Virus record (IMG/VR): IMGVR_UViG_3300005611_001698
Coordinates: 32,001-96,000 of that record
DNA length: 64,000 nt
From: a virus
Lineage: Duplodnaviria > Caudoviricetes
Reading direction: 5' to 3' (one strand)
Part shown: positions 1-9,400 of the stretch, in pieces
Layout of the letters: each line of letters opens with the position of its first letter
Numbering within the stretch: the first letter of the stretch is position 1
Position numbers and translations under genes: made by a program
The notes under the pieces: generated by a model
What the model was told of the DNA's origin: nothing
The model's database searches: none
What the model saw: the letters and a program-made list of their open reading frames with translations, nothing else

Positions 1-1847
1 TCTTGTGCCCCAGACATGGCAGCAACGCTCAATCCAACAGAGTTTGTATTTCTACCCTCTGTGTGACCAGTTCTAGTATTATAAGCAGCATGTCTATAAA
101 CGCTACCATCACCCTGAATCGTTGAGTGATAAGGACCTCCACGATGACTGTATCCACCAGCAGTCCAATGTAAATACATTTTCTTGTTTTGTTTTGCACC
201 CATTTGACCACCACCGGCAGCATAAGTGATGCCATTCATTATTTTAGGTCTATTAGCATTAGATCCAACGTTAAAATCAAGAGGATCAACACCAGTTGCT
301 GCGATTTGTCTTTCTCTTGCACCAGGTTGAAGAACAGTTTCTCCTGGCGTTAACATCGCAGGAACGGTGTCTGTTCCCATTGCCTGTACAGGAAATATTG
401 GCTGGCCACCATTACTAAATCCTTGAATCCCCCTTTGAAGGATGGATTCTCTCATCAACTGTTGCGTTCCTGGTGTTAACATCGCAGGAACGGTGTCTGT
501 TCCCATTGCCTGTCCACCATTACTAAATCCTTGAATCCCCCTTTGAAGGATGGATTCTCTCATCAACTGTTGCGTTCCTGGTGTTTTACCAGTCTTCTTT
601 GTTTCCTCAGGAGTAACAGTTGCTTCTGGGGATTCTTTCTTTTCTTTTTTCCTTTGCTCCTCATTTTGCTGAGAAGCAGCATAGGCACCACCAGCAGCAA
701 GAGCACCGCCAACAACAAGTCCAGTGACCACTGGATTTTTTGCAGCAAATCTAAGTCCTTTTCCTAATCCCCTTCCAGCTAATCTTGCTGCGGCGATTCC
801 AAGTTTGGCAGTTAATCCAAGAAGTCTCAACACCAGTTTTGCAGTGACTCCCATGATTGAAGTCACCAATCCACCAAGTCCAGATCCAATGATTAAGAAT
901 CCAGCAATGATTGCAGGCCAAAAATCCTTAATAAATCTCACTATTGTATTAACTTTTTTTTGATTTGATGGATCCGTAAACCAATCAATCAGTTTGATCA
1001 ATGCCTTAGTAAATATTAACTTTAATATACCATCAAATATTTTTTGAAATATATTTCCAATGGGTTGCAGTGCCTTTGTGATAGGTGCAACTAAAAATTT
1101 CTTAGCAGATTCTAAACGATTTTCTTTTTTCTTTCTTCTTTCCCTTTCCTTTTCAACTCTCTTTTTCTCAGTAGACTTTTTCTCCTCTTTATTTTCCTCT
1201 CTAATTTCACTCAATAAAGTATCAAGTTTCTCATCAATATTATCAACGTCCTCTTTTACTTCTGCGGTTTTCTTTTCCTCTTCTTTATCTGGTTTCAAAT
1301 CAGGAACTAAATCAGCAGTTCCTGGTAAAAGTATTTGTTCTGGAACAACAGATTTTCTTGCACCAGGAGCAGCGGCGGTGTCACCATCTCCACCGATAGC
1401 AGCTGCCTCTGCTTTTTTTTCAAGAACTTTATCAACAAAATTCTTAAAATCTATTTTACTCTTTCTCTTTTTAAATGCTTCTTTTCTTTCAGACGGAGTA
1501 AGTAGTTGACCATCTATCGTGCCACTTTCAGTTATTTCTTGTACATACTTTTCATATCTCTCTTCACCAAAAAACTTTGATGGAACAATCGCGGTTACTT
1601 TTGGAGGAGGAGGTGGTGGTGCAACTTCCTCCTCCACTTCCTCCATCATACCTCTTGCCATTTCATGCAAGTCAGTATCAGTATGTCCTTTGAATATTTT
1701 ATTATCTAAATCGCTCTGTTCACTATCACTTAAAGAGTTATAATACTTTGAAAGTATTTTAAGTTGATCATCAGAAAGTTTAGACACAAAAGCTTTGCCG
1801 AGCTTGAACTCATATGCCTTTCTTAATCTTTCTGCTTTGTTAGACAT
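1..1847 (-). CDS. Baseplate hub / tail tape-measure-like protein with N-acetylmuramoyl-L-alanine amidase domain (3'-partial, runs off window)
   Basis: Translated by hand from ATG 1847 (MSNKAERLRKAYEF...); codon phase at 584 matches; absent from ORF track, consistent with no stop before the window edge. Charged coiled-coil, hydrophobic segment, GTDTVPAMLTPGE tape-measure motif, then MYLHWTAG..YHSTIQGDG..HTEGRNTNSVG (Amidase_2-like). Follows g26-g51. Confidence 0.8.
   Translation of the reverse strand, partial: MSNKAERLRKAYEFKLGKAFVSKLSDDQLKILSKYYNSLSDSEQSDLDNKIFKGHTDTDLHEMARGMMEEVEEEVAPPPPPPKVTAIVPSKFFGEERYEKYVQEITESGTIDGQLLTPSERKEAFKKRKSKIDFKNFVDKVLEKKAEAAAIGGDGDTAAAPGARKSVVPEQILLPGTADLVPDLKPDKEEEKKTAEVKEDVDNIDEKLDTLLSEIREENKEEKKSTEKKRVEKERERRKKKENRLESAKKFLVAPITKALQPIGNIFQKIFDGILKLIFTKALIKLIDWFTDPSNQKKVNTIVRFIKDFWPAIIAGFLIIGSGLGGLVTSIMGVTAKLVLRLLGLTAKLGIAAARLAGRGLGKGLRFAAKNPVVTGLVVGGALAAGGAYAASQQNEEQRKKEKKESPEATVTPEETKKTGKTPGTQQLMRESILQRGIQGFSNGGQAMGTDTVPAMLTPGTQQLMRESILQRGIQGFSNGGQPIFPVQAMGTDTVPAMLTPGETVLQPGARERQIAATGVDPLDFNVGSNANRPKIMNGITYAAGGGQMGAKQNKKMYLHWTAGGYSHRGGPYHSTIQGDGSVYRHAAYNTRTGHTEGRNTNSVGLSVAAMSGAQ
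352..585 (-). repeat. In-frame tandem duplication (108 bp + 126 bp copies) inside tape-measure gene
   Basis: 406-477 identical to 514-585, and 352-387 identical to 478-513; encodes TPGTQQLMRESILQRGIQGFSNGGQ(PIFPVQ)AMGTDTVPAML twice. Confidence 0.95.
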
Positions 1848-2019
1848 TCTGTTGACGTTGTTGTTCTAACTTTTGCTCCTCAATAAACTGTTTCAAAAGT
1901 TCTACATAAACGTCCCGTTCCCAGGGCATCATGTTTTCAATCTCAGTCAATGAATATTTATGGTGCTGCATGAGAGCGAAGTTAATCTTAAAGTATGCCT
2001 CCAAATTCATGTGGGACAT
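1840..2019 (-). CDS. g51: gp51-like baseplate hub assembly protein (59 aa; possible frameshift extension of gp26)
   Basis: Hand-translated MSHMNLEAYFKINFALMQHHKYSLTEIENMMPWERDVYVELLKQFIEEQK...; below ORF-track cutoff. Confidence 0.85.
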   Translation of the reverse strand: MSHMNLEAYFKINFALMQHHKYSLTEIENMMPWERDVYVELLKQFIEEQKLEQQRQQNV

Positions 2020-2021
2020 GC

Positions 2022-2741
2022 TTACGCGAAAAAACTTGACAGTCCCTCCAATACGACTTCACTCTTTTTCTTGGTCTTTGGATTGGTAACTTTAATCGTA
2101 TGAGAAAGTTTTGGCATTGTTGAAAAGAACTTTTCAATCTCCTGGAACTGTTTTGTGTTTAGTTGATCCAGGAACTCTTGCAGCTCTTTCTTGCTTACAT
2201 CAGCAGCAGACCATGCTTCCTCTTCATTAAAGATCGTATCAATGCATGATGCAATCAAATCAAATGTTTTTTCTACATTTGATGCATCATCATTGAAGTC
2301 AAAGTTCTCACTAATAAACTGTTCCAATGATGGATATTTCAGACGTAAAACTAAACTCTCATCAAGTTTAATGTCACGATTGTGGTCTTCATTTTTTACA
2401 ACTTTGATATCATCAATATCAATAACCACTGGAATTTCTGTCTCCTCATCATCAGGAGCAATGATTTTCAGTTCAATCTCTTCACCAACTGACTTACCAC
2501 GAATGTTGAGGAAGAGATATTCAATATCAAACGTAGGAAGATCTTCAACCTTAATATCAGTCTTTACGCAAGCTCTGATGACATCTTTGATTGTCTTCGT
2601 GATTTGTTTTTGATCCTGACTTTCCATTGCCAGGACTAAAAGTTTTTCTTCTTTTACAAGGAAAGGTCTAAACTCAATCTTCTCACTTGTTGATGGAAGT
2701 TCTAACACATAATATGGTGTTGCAATCTTTGGTAAAGGCAT
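2022..2741 (-). CDS. g26: Baseplate hub assembly protein gp26
   Basis: MPLPKIATP..FRPFLVKEEK..FDIEYLFLNIRGKSVGE..LEGLSSFF signature. Confidence 0.9.
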   Translation of the reverse strand: MPLPKIATPYYVLELPSTSEKIEFRPFLVKEEKLLVLAMESQDQKQITKTIKDVIRACVKTDIKVEDLPTFDIEYLFLNIRGKSVGEEIELKIIAPDDEETEIPVVIDIDDIKVVKNEDHNRDIKLDESLVLRLKYPSLEQFISENFDFNDDASNVEKTFDLIASCIDTIFNEEEAWSAADVSKKELQEFLDQLNTKQFQEIEKFFSTMPKLSHTIKVTNPKTKKKSEVVLEGLSSFFA

Positions 2742-2780
2742 AATCTCCTATACAATTCAGTGTCTTTATTTATGGGATTA

Positions 2781-3596
2781 TTAGAAATCTAGTTGACCAT
2801 CATTACCATCAAAAAATGTAACACTGGAACCAAATGGATCAGAAACAGTTGCATATCCTTGCTCTGATAATCCACTCAAAACAGCACTGTTTGGATCAAA
2901 TGTATTACCAGCAGCAGTTGCCTGATTAGTTGGTCCTTTTGGTTCTCCACCAGTTTGAATAGCATTGGATGATCTATTCATAAAGTATCTGTCATACTTA
3001 AAAGTAACACTTAACTTGATGATAGTTGAAGAATCATATGAAACTGGTATTGATGCAATACTTGTTGGATATGCGTTCACAAATGAATACAAAATATCTG
3101 CTCTGTTTATATCATAATCTTTATTGAACTTATGAACATCCAAATCACACTTATAGAATTTTGGATACTTAAATCTATAAAAACTATTTCTCATCTTTGG
3201 TCCACCAGTGCTCACCACAGAATAACTTTCATCTGGACTGGAAATATAATCCATCCAAGTTTCAAAAAACTTCAATGTTCTATATTGAGTGTCAACATAA
3301 AACTCCAAAGTTAAATCATCAAAATCTCTTCTGTATGCAAACGTTTGATTGACGCCATAATAGTCCTGCAAGTTCTCTGTTGTAGAAAAACTTGATCCAG
3401 GAAGAGATGCATTGCTACATAAAATACTCAAATCATCAATGTATCTTGTTTGTGGTGCGAAGTTTTTAGTGAAAGGCAAAGTGCCGATCTGTATCACAGC
3501 ACGAAACTGACTGGACTGAGCCAGATTTGAAAATCTTTTTATAAACTCACTTGTGCTTATAGTCCTGTAAGGAACGTTGCCGCCTCCAAGTGCCAT
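2781..3596 (-). CDS. g54: Baseplate tail tube initiator gp54-like
   Basis: Tail-tube-like motifs (LCSNASLPG, FYVD, FFETWMDYI, VTFKYD) and synteny. Confidence 0.65.
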   Translation of the reverse strand: MALGGGNVPYRTISTSEFIKRFSNLAQSSQFRAVIQIGTLPFTKNFAPQTRYIDDLSILCSNASLPGSSFSTTENLQDYYGVNQTFAYRRDFDDLTLEFYVDTQYRTLKFFETWMDYISSPDESYSVVSTGGPKMRNSFYRFKYPKFYKCDLDVHKFNKDYDINRADILYSFVNAYPTSIASIPVSYDSSTIIKLSVTFKYDRYFMNRSSNAIQTGGEPKGPTNQATAAGNTFDPNSAVLSGLSEQGYATVSDPFGSSVTFFDGNDGQLDF

Positions 3597-3627
3597 CTAA
3601 ATACCTATTAGTCCTGCTATACTATGT

Positions 3628-4062
3628 ATGAGTTATAAAGGTAGATTTCGCCCAAGTAACTATCTAAAATACAAAGGTGATCCTACTAACATTGTTTATC
3701 GCTCCCTTTGGGAGTTGAAGTTCATGAATTGGTGTGATAAGAATGAAAATATTCTGGAATGGGGTAGTGAAGAGATTGTTATCCCCTACATCAGCCCTGT
3801 TGATAATCGGATTCACCGCTATTTTCCAGACTTCTACGTCAGAACACGGACCAGGAGTGGAGGGACTCAGAGGTTCGTTGTCGAGGTTAAACCAGCTAAG
3901 CAAACTGTCCCGCCAAAGAAAAGAAAAAAAGTTTCAAGAATATATCTGAATGAAATGAAAACTTATGCTGTCAATGAAGCAAAGTGGAAGGCAGCAAGAG
4001 AATATTGTGCTGATCGTAAGATGGAGTTCAAGATCATCACAGAAAAAGAACTAGGGTTATGA
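3628..4062 (+). CDS. g4: Head completion protein gp4 (TnsA-like nuclease fold)
   Basis: YKGDPTNIVYRSLWE..WGSEE..HRYFPDF..EVKP..NEAKW. Confidence 0.92.
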   Translation: MSYKGRFRPSNYLKYKGDPTNIVYRSLWELKFMNWCDKNENILEWGSEEIVIPYISPVDNRIHRYFPDFYVRTRTRSGGTQRFVVEVKPAKQTVPPKKRKKVSRIYLNEMKTYAVNEAKWKAAREYCADRKMEFKIITEKELGL

Positions 4063-4412
4063 ATCGCCTACTATCATCTACAATCGATCTTTCTGGACTC
4101 AGAAATCCAGATGATTTAATGTTAAACATTATGGAGATTTTAAAGGATGATATTGAATATGCTCCCGATAATGTTGGAGCAATGTACACATTCATTTACC
4201 AACCAAAAACACCTAACATTTTATATGATGAGCATCCTCTTGTAGAGATCACTGAGATTACAAGGTGGGGATTTAGGGGATTCAACTACCACTGGAATGC
4301 AATCAGAAACTACACATTTCCAGAAATCGTTGGTCCCATGCACAGATTATATCCAGAAGAGTTGAAATATCTTCGTGCGATTCCATATAAAAAGATTCGC
4401 TCCACCCGATAA
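4059..4412 (+). CDS. DNA end protector gp2-like protein
   Basis: G.MYTFIYQPKT..YDEHPL..GFRGFNYHW resembles the gp2 core. Confidence 0.6.
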   Translation: MNRLLSSTIDLSGLRNPDDLMLNIMEILKDDIEYAPDNVGAMYTFIYQPKTPNILYDEHPLVEITEITRWGFRGFNYHWNAIRNYTFPEIVGPMHRLYPEELKYLRAIPYKKIRSTR

Positions 4413-4432
4413 ATAACTAAAAAAGTTTTAAA

Positions 4433-5881
4433 ATGCCTCGCGCAACATACCCTGGATGGAAAGATAATGACGGAAATCTTGAAGCGTCTTTCTCGCAAAA
4501 ATTAACTTCACCTACTGGGAGAACTACTACCGCAGAAGTAGTAGCTGTTGCTAATCCAACAAATGGAAATTATGATCTTTATTTGAATAACAAAAATGCT
4601 TTTGGAATTAGTCTTGGTAGGACACCCATTGCTAGTTACAATGCATCAACAGGAACGGAAGTTATACGAAATAAAACTCTATATAATCAATTTTATGCTC
4701 CTGGATCAAAAAGTGGTGGTCAAGCACAACTAAACAATATAAAATCTTCTGTAAAAAATGGAGTTGTTAATAATCTTAAACTCAACGCAACTGATCCGAT
4801 TGATCAAAGAAATCTAAAATCTATCAGAGACACCCCAGAATATTCTTCTTTCAAGCAAAACGCGCCGGCGCCAGAACAAACCAAAACTCCTACACCGCCA
4901 GCTGGCAATGGCGAAACACAACAACCTGCTGCCACTGCTGCTGACACGGATACTGCTGCTACTGGTGGGGCAGACCAATCACTGATTCAAGATGCAGCTG
5001 GCGGGGCAGATCAACTGGCAAAACTTTCTTTTGGAGATCTCCGTTATCCACTTGAAAGGCAAGAAACAAGAGATTATGATCATGTTCTTTTTTCCGCAGT
5101 GGAATATGTTCCAGCAGGAGCAGAAGGATTTGATGCAATTATATCAGAAGGTGGTGCTGCTACCGGGCGTCCCAGTAATAGAATGAAAAAAGAAAATCGA
5201 GTTGGATCTATAATGTTGCCAATGCCAAGAAACCATAATGATCAAAACTCTGTTGTCTGGGGACAAGATAAGTTAAATGCATTGCAAGCAGCAGGAAATA
5301 CTTTGATACAAGGTATTTTAGGTAGTGGTGATCAAGTAAATCAAGCAGTAGATAACGTAAGATCTGCTGTGGGTACGAATGCTGGACAGTTAAAGGATTA
5401 TCTTAAAGCAGGAGCAGCATCACAGATTCTTGGTGGTGCAAATATTCTTACGAGAACAACTGGTGCTGTGATGAACAGTAATCTTGAACTTCTTTTCACT
5501 GGTCCTGGTTTAAGAACTTTTAATTTCACATATAGAATGACTCCAAGAGAACGTGATGAAGCTATTGTATGCAAAAATATTATTAGATCATTTAAACAAG
5601 CTATGGCAGCAAGAATAAGAAGTGCTTCGTTATTCATGTATACTCCTCACGTATTCTTTATTGACTTCATTCACAAAGGACGACCTCATCCATTTTTTAA
5701 TCGTATCAAACCATGTGCTCTTTTGAATTTTGGTGTCAACTATACACCAGATGGAGCATACATGACTTATGACGATGGATCCCCAATCGCATATGAACTT
5801 ACTTTTAGCTTCCAAGAACTTGAACCTATATACGATGTAGATTATGAAGAGGGTGATGGTGTCAGCGGAATGGGATTCTAA
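4433..5881 (+). CDS. g48: Baseplate tail tube cap gp48
   Basis: LRYP, NSNLELLFTGPGLRTFNFTYRMTPR, FQELEP C-terminal motifs; late promoter just upstream. Confidence 0.85.
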   Translation: MPRATYPGWKDNDGNLEASFSQKLTSPTGRTTTAEVVAVANPTNGNYDLYLNNKNAFGISLGRTPIASYNASTGTEVIRNKTLYNQFYAPGSKSGGQAQLNNIKSSVKNGVVNNLKLNATDPIDQRNLKSIRDTPEYSSFKQNAPAPEQTKTPTPPAGNGETQQPAATAADTDTAATGGADQSLIQDAAGGADQLAKLSFGDLRYPLERQETRDYDHVLFSAVEYVPAGAEGFDAIISEGGAATGRPSNRMKKENRVGSIMLPMPRNHNDQNSVVWGQDKLNALQAAGNTLIQGILGSGDQVNQAVDNVRSAVGTNAGQLKDYLKAGAASQILGGANILTRTTGAVMNSNLELLFTGPGLRTFNFTYRMTPRERDEAIVCKNIIRSFKQAMAARIRSASLFMYTPHVFFIDFIHKGRPHPFFNRIKPCALLNFGVNYTPDGAYMTYDDGSPIAYELTFSFQELEPIYDVDYEEGDGVSGMGF

Positions 5882-6540
5882 TGGGATATTTCAGACAACT
5901 TCCCAACTTTAACTACGTTTCCAGACTAGACCAAAAAGTTTCTAGTTCGGATTATGTTGAAGTCAAAAATCTTTTCAAGAGAGCAAAAGTTAGAGAAGAT
6001 TTTTTCCAAAACTTTACTGCCTTTACAAGATACACAATCGTTGGTGATGAAAGACCTGATAATGTTGCAGATAAATTTTATGGTGATCCCCAACTAGATT
6101 GGGTCATTCTTTATATTAATAATATCATCAACGTAAGAGAAGAATGGCCTCTTACAAACATCTCTTTTAAAAATTATCTACTGGATAAGTATGGAAGTAT
6201 TGAAGGGTATAGTGCCATTCATCACTATGAGACCGAAGAAGTAAGAGATCAAGCAGATAATATCATTATTTCAGCAGGATTGCAGGTGGATGAAGATTTT
6301 TCTATTACTTATAGAGATGCTGCTCAGGGAACAGAGGTGATTGCATCTGGTATCACCAATGGTGTGACAAATGAAGAATATGAAACACGTCTTCAAAATG
6401 AAAAAAGGCAGATCTACATTTTGAGATCTGCCTATCTTAACGTTGTATTGGATGATGTTGAGAGAGTTATGACTTACTCTCCTTCCTCTCAATATGTCAA
6501 TGACAAATTAAAGAAAGGAGACAACATCAGGATCAAGTGA
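5881..6540 (+). CDS. g53: Baseplate wedge protein gp53
   Basis: YFRQLPNF..GDERPDNVA..YGDPQLDWVIL..NNI..EWP..IHHYET. Confidence 0.92.
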   Translation: MGYFRQLPNFNYVSRLDQKVSSSDYVEVKNLFKRAKVREDFFQNFTAFTRYTIVGDERPDNVADKFYGDPQLDWVILYINNIINVREEWPLTNISFKNYLLDKYGSIEGYSAIHHYETEEVRDQADNIIISAGLQVDEDFSITYRDAAQGTEVIASGITNGVTNEEYETRLQNEKRQIYILRSAYLNVVLDDVERVMTYSPSSQYVNDKLKKGDNIRIK

Positions 6541-7440
6541 TCATGCCTCAGCGAGTTTCTGGAAGTAACTCAGGGCATCATCTTCATCCTCATCACGTGA
6601 CTCTACAACTGATGCTTCCTTCATGGTAATGTCGGGTGCATTGAAGTCACCGCGATCATTGTCCTCATTATAAGTCTCTTCATCGAAACTACGCTTCGGT
6701 TGAGAAACGCGGAGCACCATGTTCAGACGCTTTTCAAGTTCTTCATAAGACTTGAAACTAGAAGGTGCAGTAAACTCTGTCAAAGAATACTCTCTCTTCC
6801 AGATTGCTTCAAGTGCATCATCGTCATCAAGGAGAGGTGCAGGAGAATCAAACTCTGACTTGTCATAATTCCAGTAGCCATCCACCTTGCGGATTTTGAG
6901 TTTGAAGTTTGCACCTTGCCAGAAATCAAAGGGGTTGATAGGAGTTTCATCTTCAAATTCTGGCTGCATAGCAGCAAGAATCTTGTCGTGAATTTTCTTA
7001 CCATATTTGAACAGGAATACTTTTCCTTCGTTTTCGGGATTGGTAGGGTCCTTTACAACATAAATGTTGCTGTAATAGGACAGTTTACGCTTTTGCTTGC
7101 GGACAGTATCTTTGTCAGCATCACTACCACTGTTCCACAGATCGCGGTTGTACTCAGAGACAGGATCTTTCTGACCAATAGTTGTCAGCGAGTTCTCAAT
7201 GTACCAACCACCAGGACCTTGGAAGGCATGGGAATATACTTTTGCCCAAGGAATATCCTCACTCTCAGGTTGAGGAAGAAAACGAATCACGGCATAACCA
7301 TTACCACTCTTGTCGAGGGATGGTTTCCACAGTCGCTCATCTGCACCACCGCTCTTGACGGCAGTTTTTTCTACCTCAGCAACCAGTTTGGAAGTGAGAG
7401 AACCCAGACGGGACTGTTTTTTAAGATCGGAAAAAGACAT
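6541..7440 (-). CDS. g32: Single-stranded DNA-binding protein gp32
   Basis: DERLWKP..GNGYAVIRFLP..HAFQGPGGWYIENSLTT; acidic C-terminus DDALSYFQKLA. Confidence 0.96.
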   Translation of the reverse strand: MSFSDLKKQSRLGSLTSKLVAEVEKTAVKSGGADERLWKPSLDKSGNGYAVIRFLPQPESEDIPWAKVYSHAFQGPGGWYIENSLTTIGQKDPVSEYNRDLWNSGSDADKDTVRKQKRKLSYYSNIYVVKDPTNPENEGKVFLFKYGKKIHDKILAAMQPEFEDETPINPFDFWQGANFKLKIRKVDGYWNYDKSEFDSPAPLLDDDDALEAIWKREYSLTEFTAPSSFKSYEELEKRLNMVLRVSQPKRSFDEETYNEDNDRGDFNAPDITMKEASVVESRDEDEDDALSYFQKLAEA

Positions 7441-7479
7441 TTGGATTTGGCTTGTAGTTTGGCTTGTGTGTACTTCGTT

Positions 7480-7509
7480 ATTATAGGACCTAGGTCAGGT
7501 CCCTGTCAA
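7480..7509 (-). promoter_or_regulatory. sigma70-like promoter for g32
   Basis: TTGACA-N18-TATAAT on minus strand. Confidence 0.65.
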
Positions 7510-7828
7510 CCTGTTGGCGCATCGTTTTGAGCATCTTGTCCATATTATTAAACACAACACTCATATCAACATCCGCAGGCATCCCCATCATCCTTGCGGA
7601 CTTGGAGATGTTCTCCTTCATCATCTTTGCCTCAGGATCATCAGAAAGAGATAATCTTGTGTAAAGAACTCTTTGTTTGTCCAGAAGACGTTCAAGAGTT
7701 TTTACATGTTCAATCTTTTCTTCCTTTGTCATCGTTGGAAATTCAAAGACCTTTGTATAAACTTCTTCTTGAAGTTCAGTGATCTCTGTCATTTCTGATC
7801 TAACCACTTCGGAGTCGAAGAAACTCAT
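7490..7828 (-). CDS. DUF1825-like conserved cyanophage protein
   Basis: MSFFDSEVV..RLSLSDDPEA motif. Confidence 0.75.
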   Translation of the reverse strand: MSFFDSEVVRSEMTEITELQEEVYTKVFEFPTMTKEEKIEHVKTLERLLDKQRVLYTRLSLSDDPEAKMMKENISKSARMMGMPADVDMSVVFNNMDKMLKTMRQQVDRDLT

Positions 7829-8415
7829 AAAATTATCTCCTTTAAAATTTTCTTATAACGAAATACATCAATATGTAGGAAGGGAGAATACTTGGTTATA
7901 CGTTTTGATATCAGTACCCAAACTGGATCTGTTAACTTCTTATCGAACTTAGATTTGTATCCAAGTATTCTGTCCAGGATCACCAGAGTTTCAAGTGAAA
8001 TGTTTTGCTTTAAGAATTCCTTGACAATTTGCGGATGTCGATTTTCTTCACTCTTGAAGAAACTATCAAAATCTTTTCCAGAAAAGACGGATCCAATCTC
8101 TCCCTTGAAGATGTATGAGAGTGATTGATTTCTTTTTTGCCAGGCGACATATGTTTTCTCCCCGTTCTTTACAATGTCTGCAATGTAAAGAGATTGTGGA
8201 TCATCACAACTGGCAAAGTTTGCAATAAAAAACTGTTCGATCTCTTCATCACTTTTTTGTCTGGACATTCTTTCAAAGAAATATCTGTCCTTTCTTTTAT
8301 TAAATGCATTGGCAGATGCTTTTACTCTGCCACAATATTTCAAGTAATCATAACTATCTTTCGTGAAGTGTTGCTTCATCGCAAGATAAGTCTTATAGCA
8401 CTCGATTGGCATCAT
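7825..8415 (-). CDS. g59: Helicase loader gp59
   Basis: YLAMKQHF..YDY.KY.G..F.KRKDRYFF. Confidence 0.9.
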   Translation of the reverse strand: MMPIECYKTYLAMKQHFTKDSYDYLKYCGRVKASANAFNKRKDRYFFERMSRQKSDEEIEQFFIANFASCDDPQSLYIADIVKNGEKTYVAWQKRNQSLSYIFKGEIGSVFSGKDFDSFFKSEENRHPQIVKEFLKQNISLETLVILDRILGYKSKFDKKLTDPVWVLISKRITKYSPFLHIDVFRYKKILKEIIL

Positions 8416-8469
8416 GAAAAAAGTAATAGGTCAAATTTTTACCGGAAAGTTTTTCAGGTAAAAATCAAA

Positions 8470-8727
8470 TCAAAGGGGCAATTTTGCTCTGGAACTTCTC
8501 TTCAAAAAGTTGAGTTCCATAGCATCATACTTCAACTTTTCTTTTAATGGTTTAGATAAAAGTTTAGGTACAGATTCAAGTTCTATTTTGTTTTTATCGC
8601 AGAACACAACGACAGCATCAATATAGTTTAGATCGTCATTTTCATGCACAAGTTTTTCAATTTCTTGTGCGAATTTAGCAGGACCCAAAAACTTTTTTTG
8701 AAAGGCTTCGTCTAGTTCATTTAGCAT
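8470..8727 (-). CDS. g33: Late transcription coactivator gp33
   Basis: FAQEIEKLV..YIDAVV..KLLSKPLKEKLKYDAMELNFLK. Confidence 0.9.
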   Translation of the reverse strand: MLNELDEAFQKKFLGPAKFAQEIEKLVHENDDLNYIDAVVVFCDKNKIELESVPKLLSKPLKEKLKYDAMELNFLKRSSRAKLPL

Positions 8728-9400
8728 TGGTGTAAGATAAATTGTTGGTGACAAATTCTTTAATATAGCGAACTAGTAACTTAATATACTCGTCTTTGTT
8801 TCTTTTGTCAAATACCTTGACCTCTCCACCAGGAGTAACCATTAAAGTAATAAGTTTGGTGACAGGAATGCCCGTCATCTCATAGTACATACATGCGTAT
8901 GCAGTTTCTTGAACAAAATAGTTCTCCAACCACTTCTCTGGTTTGATCTTCTCTGATGTTTTGAAGTCAATGATTGCTAGTTCACCTTCATACTCGCCAA
9001 TACAATCTACTCTACCTGCAAGTCCTAGGTATTCTGAGAAGAGAGTACGTTCAATGGCATGAATATTATTTATCTTATCCAAATATGGCTTGGCATGATG
9101 AAACATAAACTGAGTGGCAGGAAGAAACTCATCCCAATCCAACCGTAAGTTCATGAGATATGCCTGTGCCGCTTCATGAAAATCCGTACCACGTGTGGTT
9201 GCTTTCTTCGTAATTCGATTAGCTTCTTCTTCTCCAATTCTGTTTCGCCACTCAGTAAAAATCTGGCGATTATAAAAAGAAGTGACAGAAGTAATAGAAG
9301 GAACCCAATCACCATTTGGGACTTTATAAAGTCGGCATCCAGGAGTTTCTTTCTTTTCAAGTTCAATGTCACCGAGATAATTATGATGAATAAAATTCAT
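8717..9400 (-). CDS. PD-(D/E)XK exonuclease (Cas4/RecB-like)
   Basis: PSITSV..RGTDFH..AGRVDCI..IIDFKTS..YFVQ..AY. Confidence 0.88.
   Translation of the reverse strand: MNFIHHNYLGDIELEKKETPGCRLYKVPNGDWVPSITSVTSFYNRQIFTEWRNRIGEEEANRITKKATTRGTDFHEAAQAYLMNLRLDWDEFLPATQFMFHHAKPYLDKINNIHAIERTLFSEYLGLAGRVDCIGEYEGELAIIDFKTSEKIKPEKWLENYFVQETAYACMYYEMTGIPVTKLITLMVTPGGEVKVFDKRNKDEYIKLLVRYIKEFVTNNLSYTNAK

Noticed and set aside
352-585. Possible CRISPR or mobile-element repeat
   Set aside because: Only two long copies, no spacers, and in frame within a CDS.
531-1743. Plus-strand ORFs (78, 79, 149, 74 aa) and short minus-strand ORFs
   Set aside because: Antisense or off-frame shadows of the long minus-strand tape-measure gene.
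8717-9400. Cas4-like nuclease as evidence of a CRISPR system
   Set aside because: Common stand-alone cyanophage exonuclease; no array or other cas genes seen.
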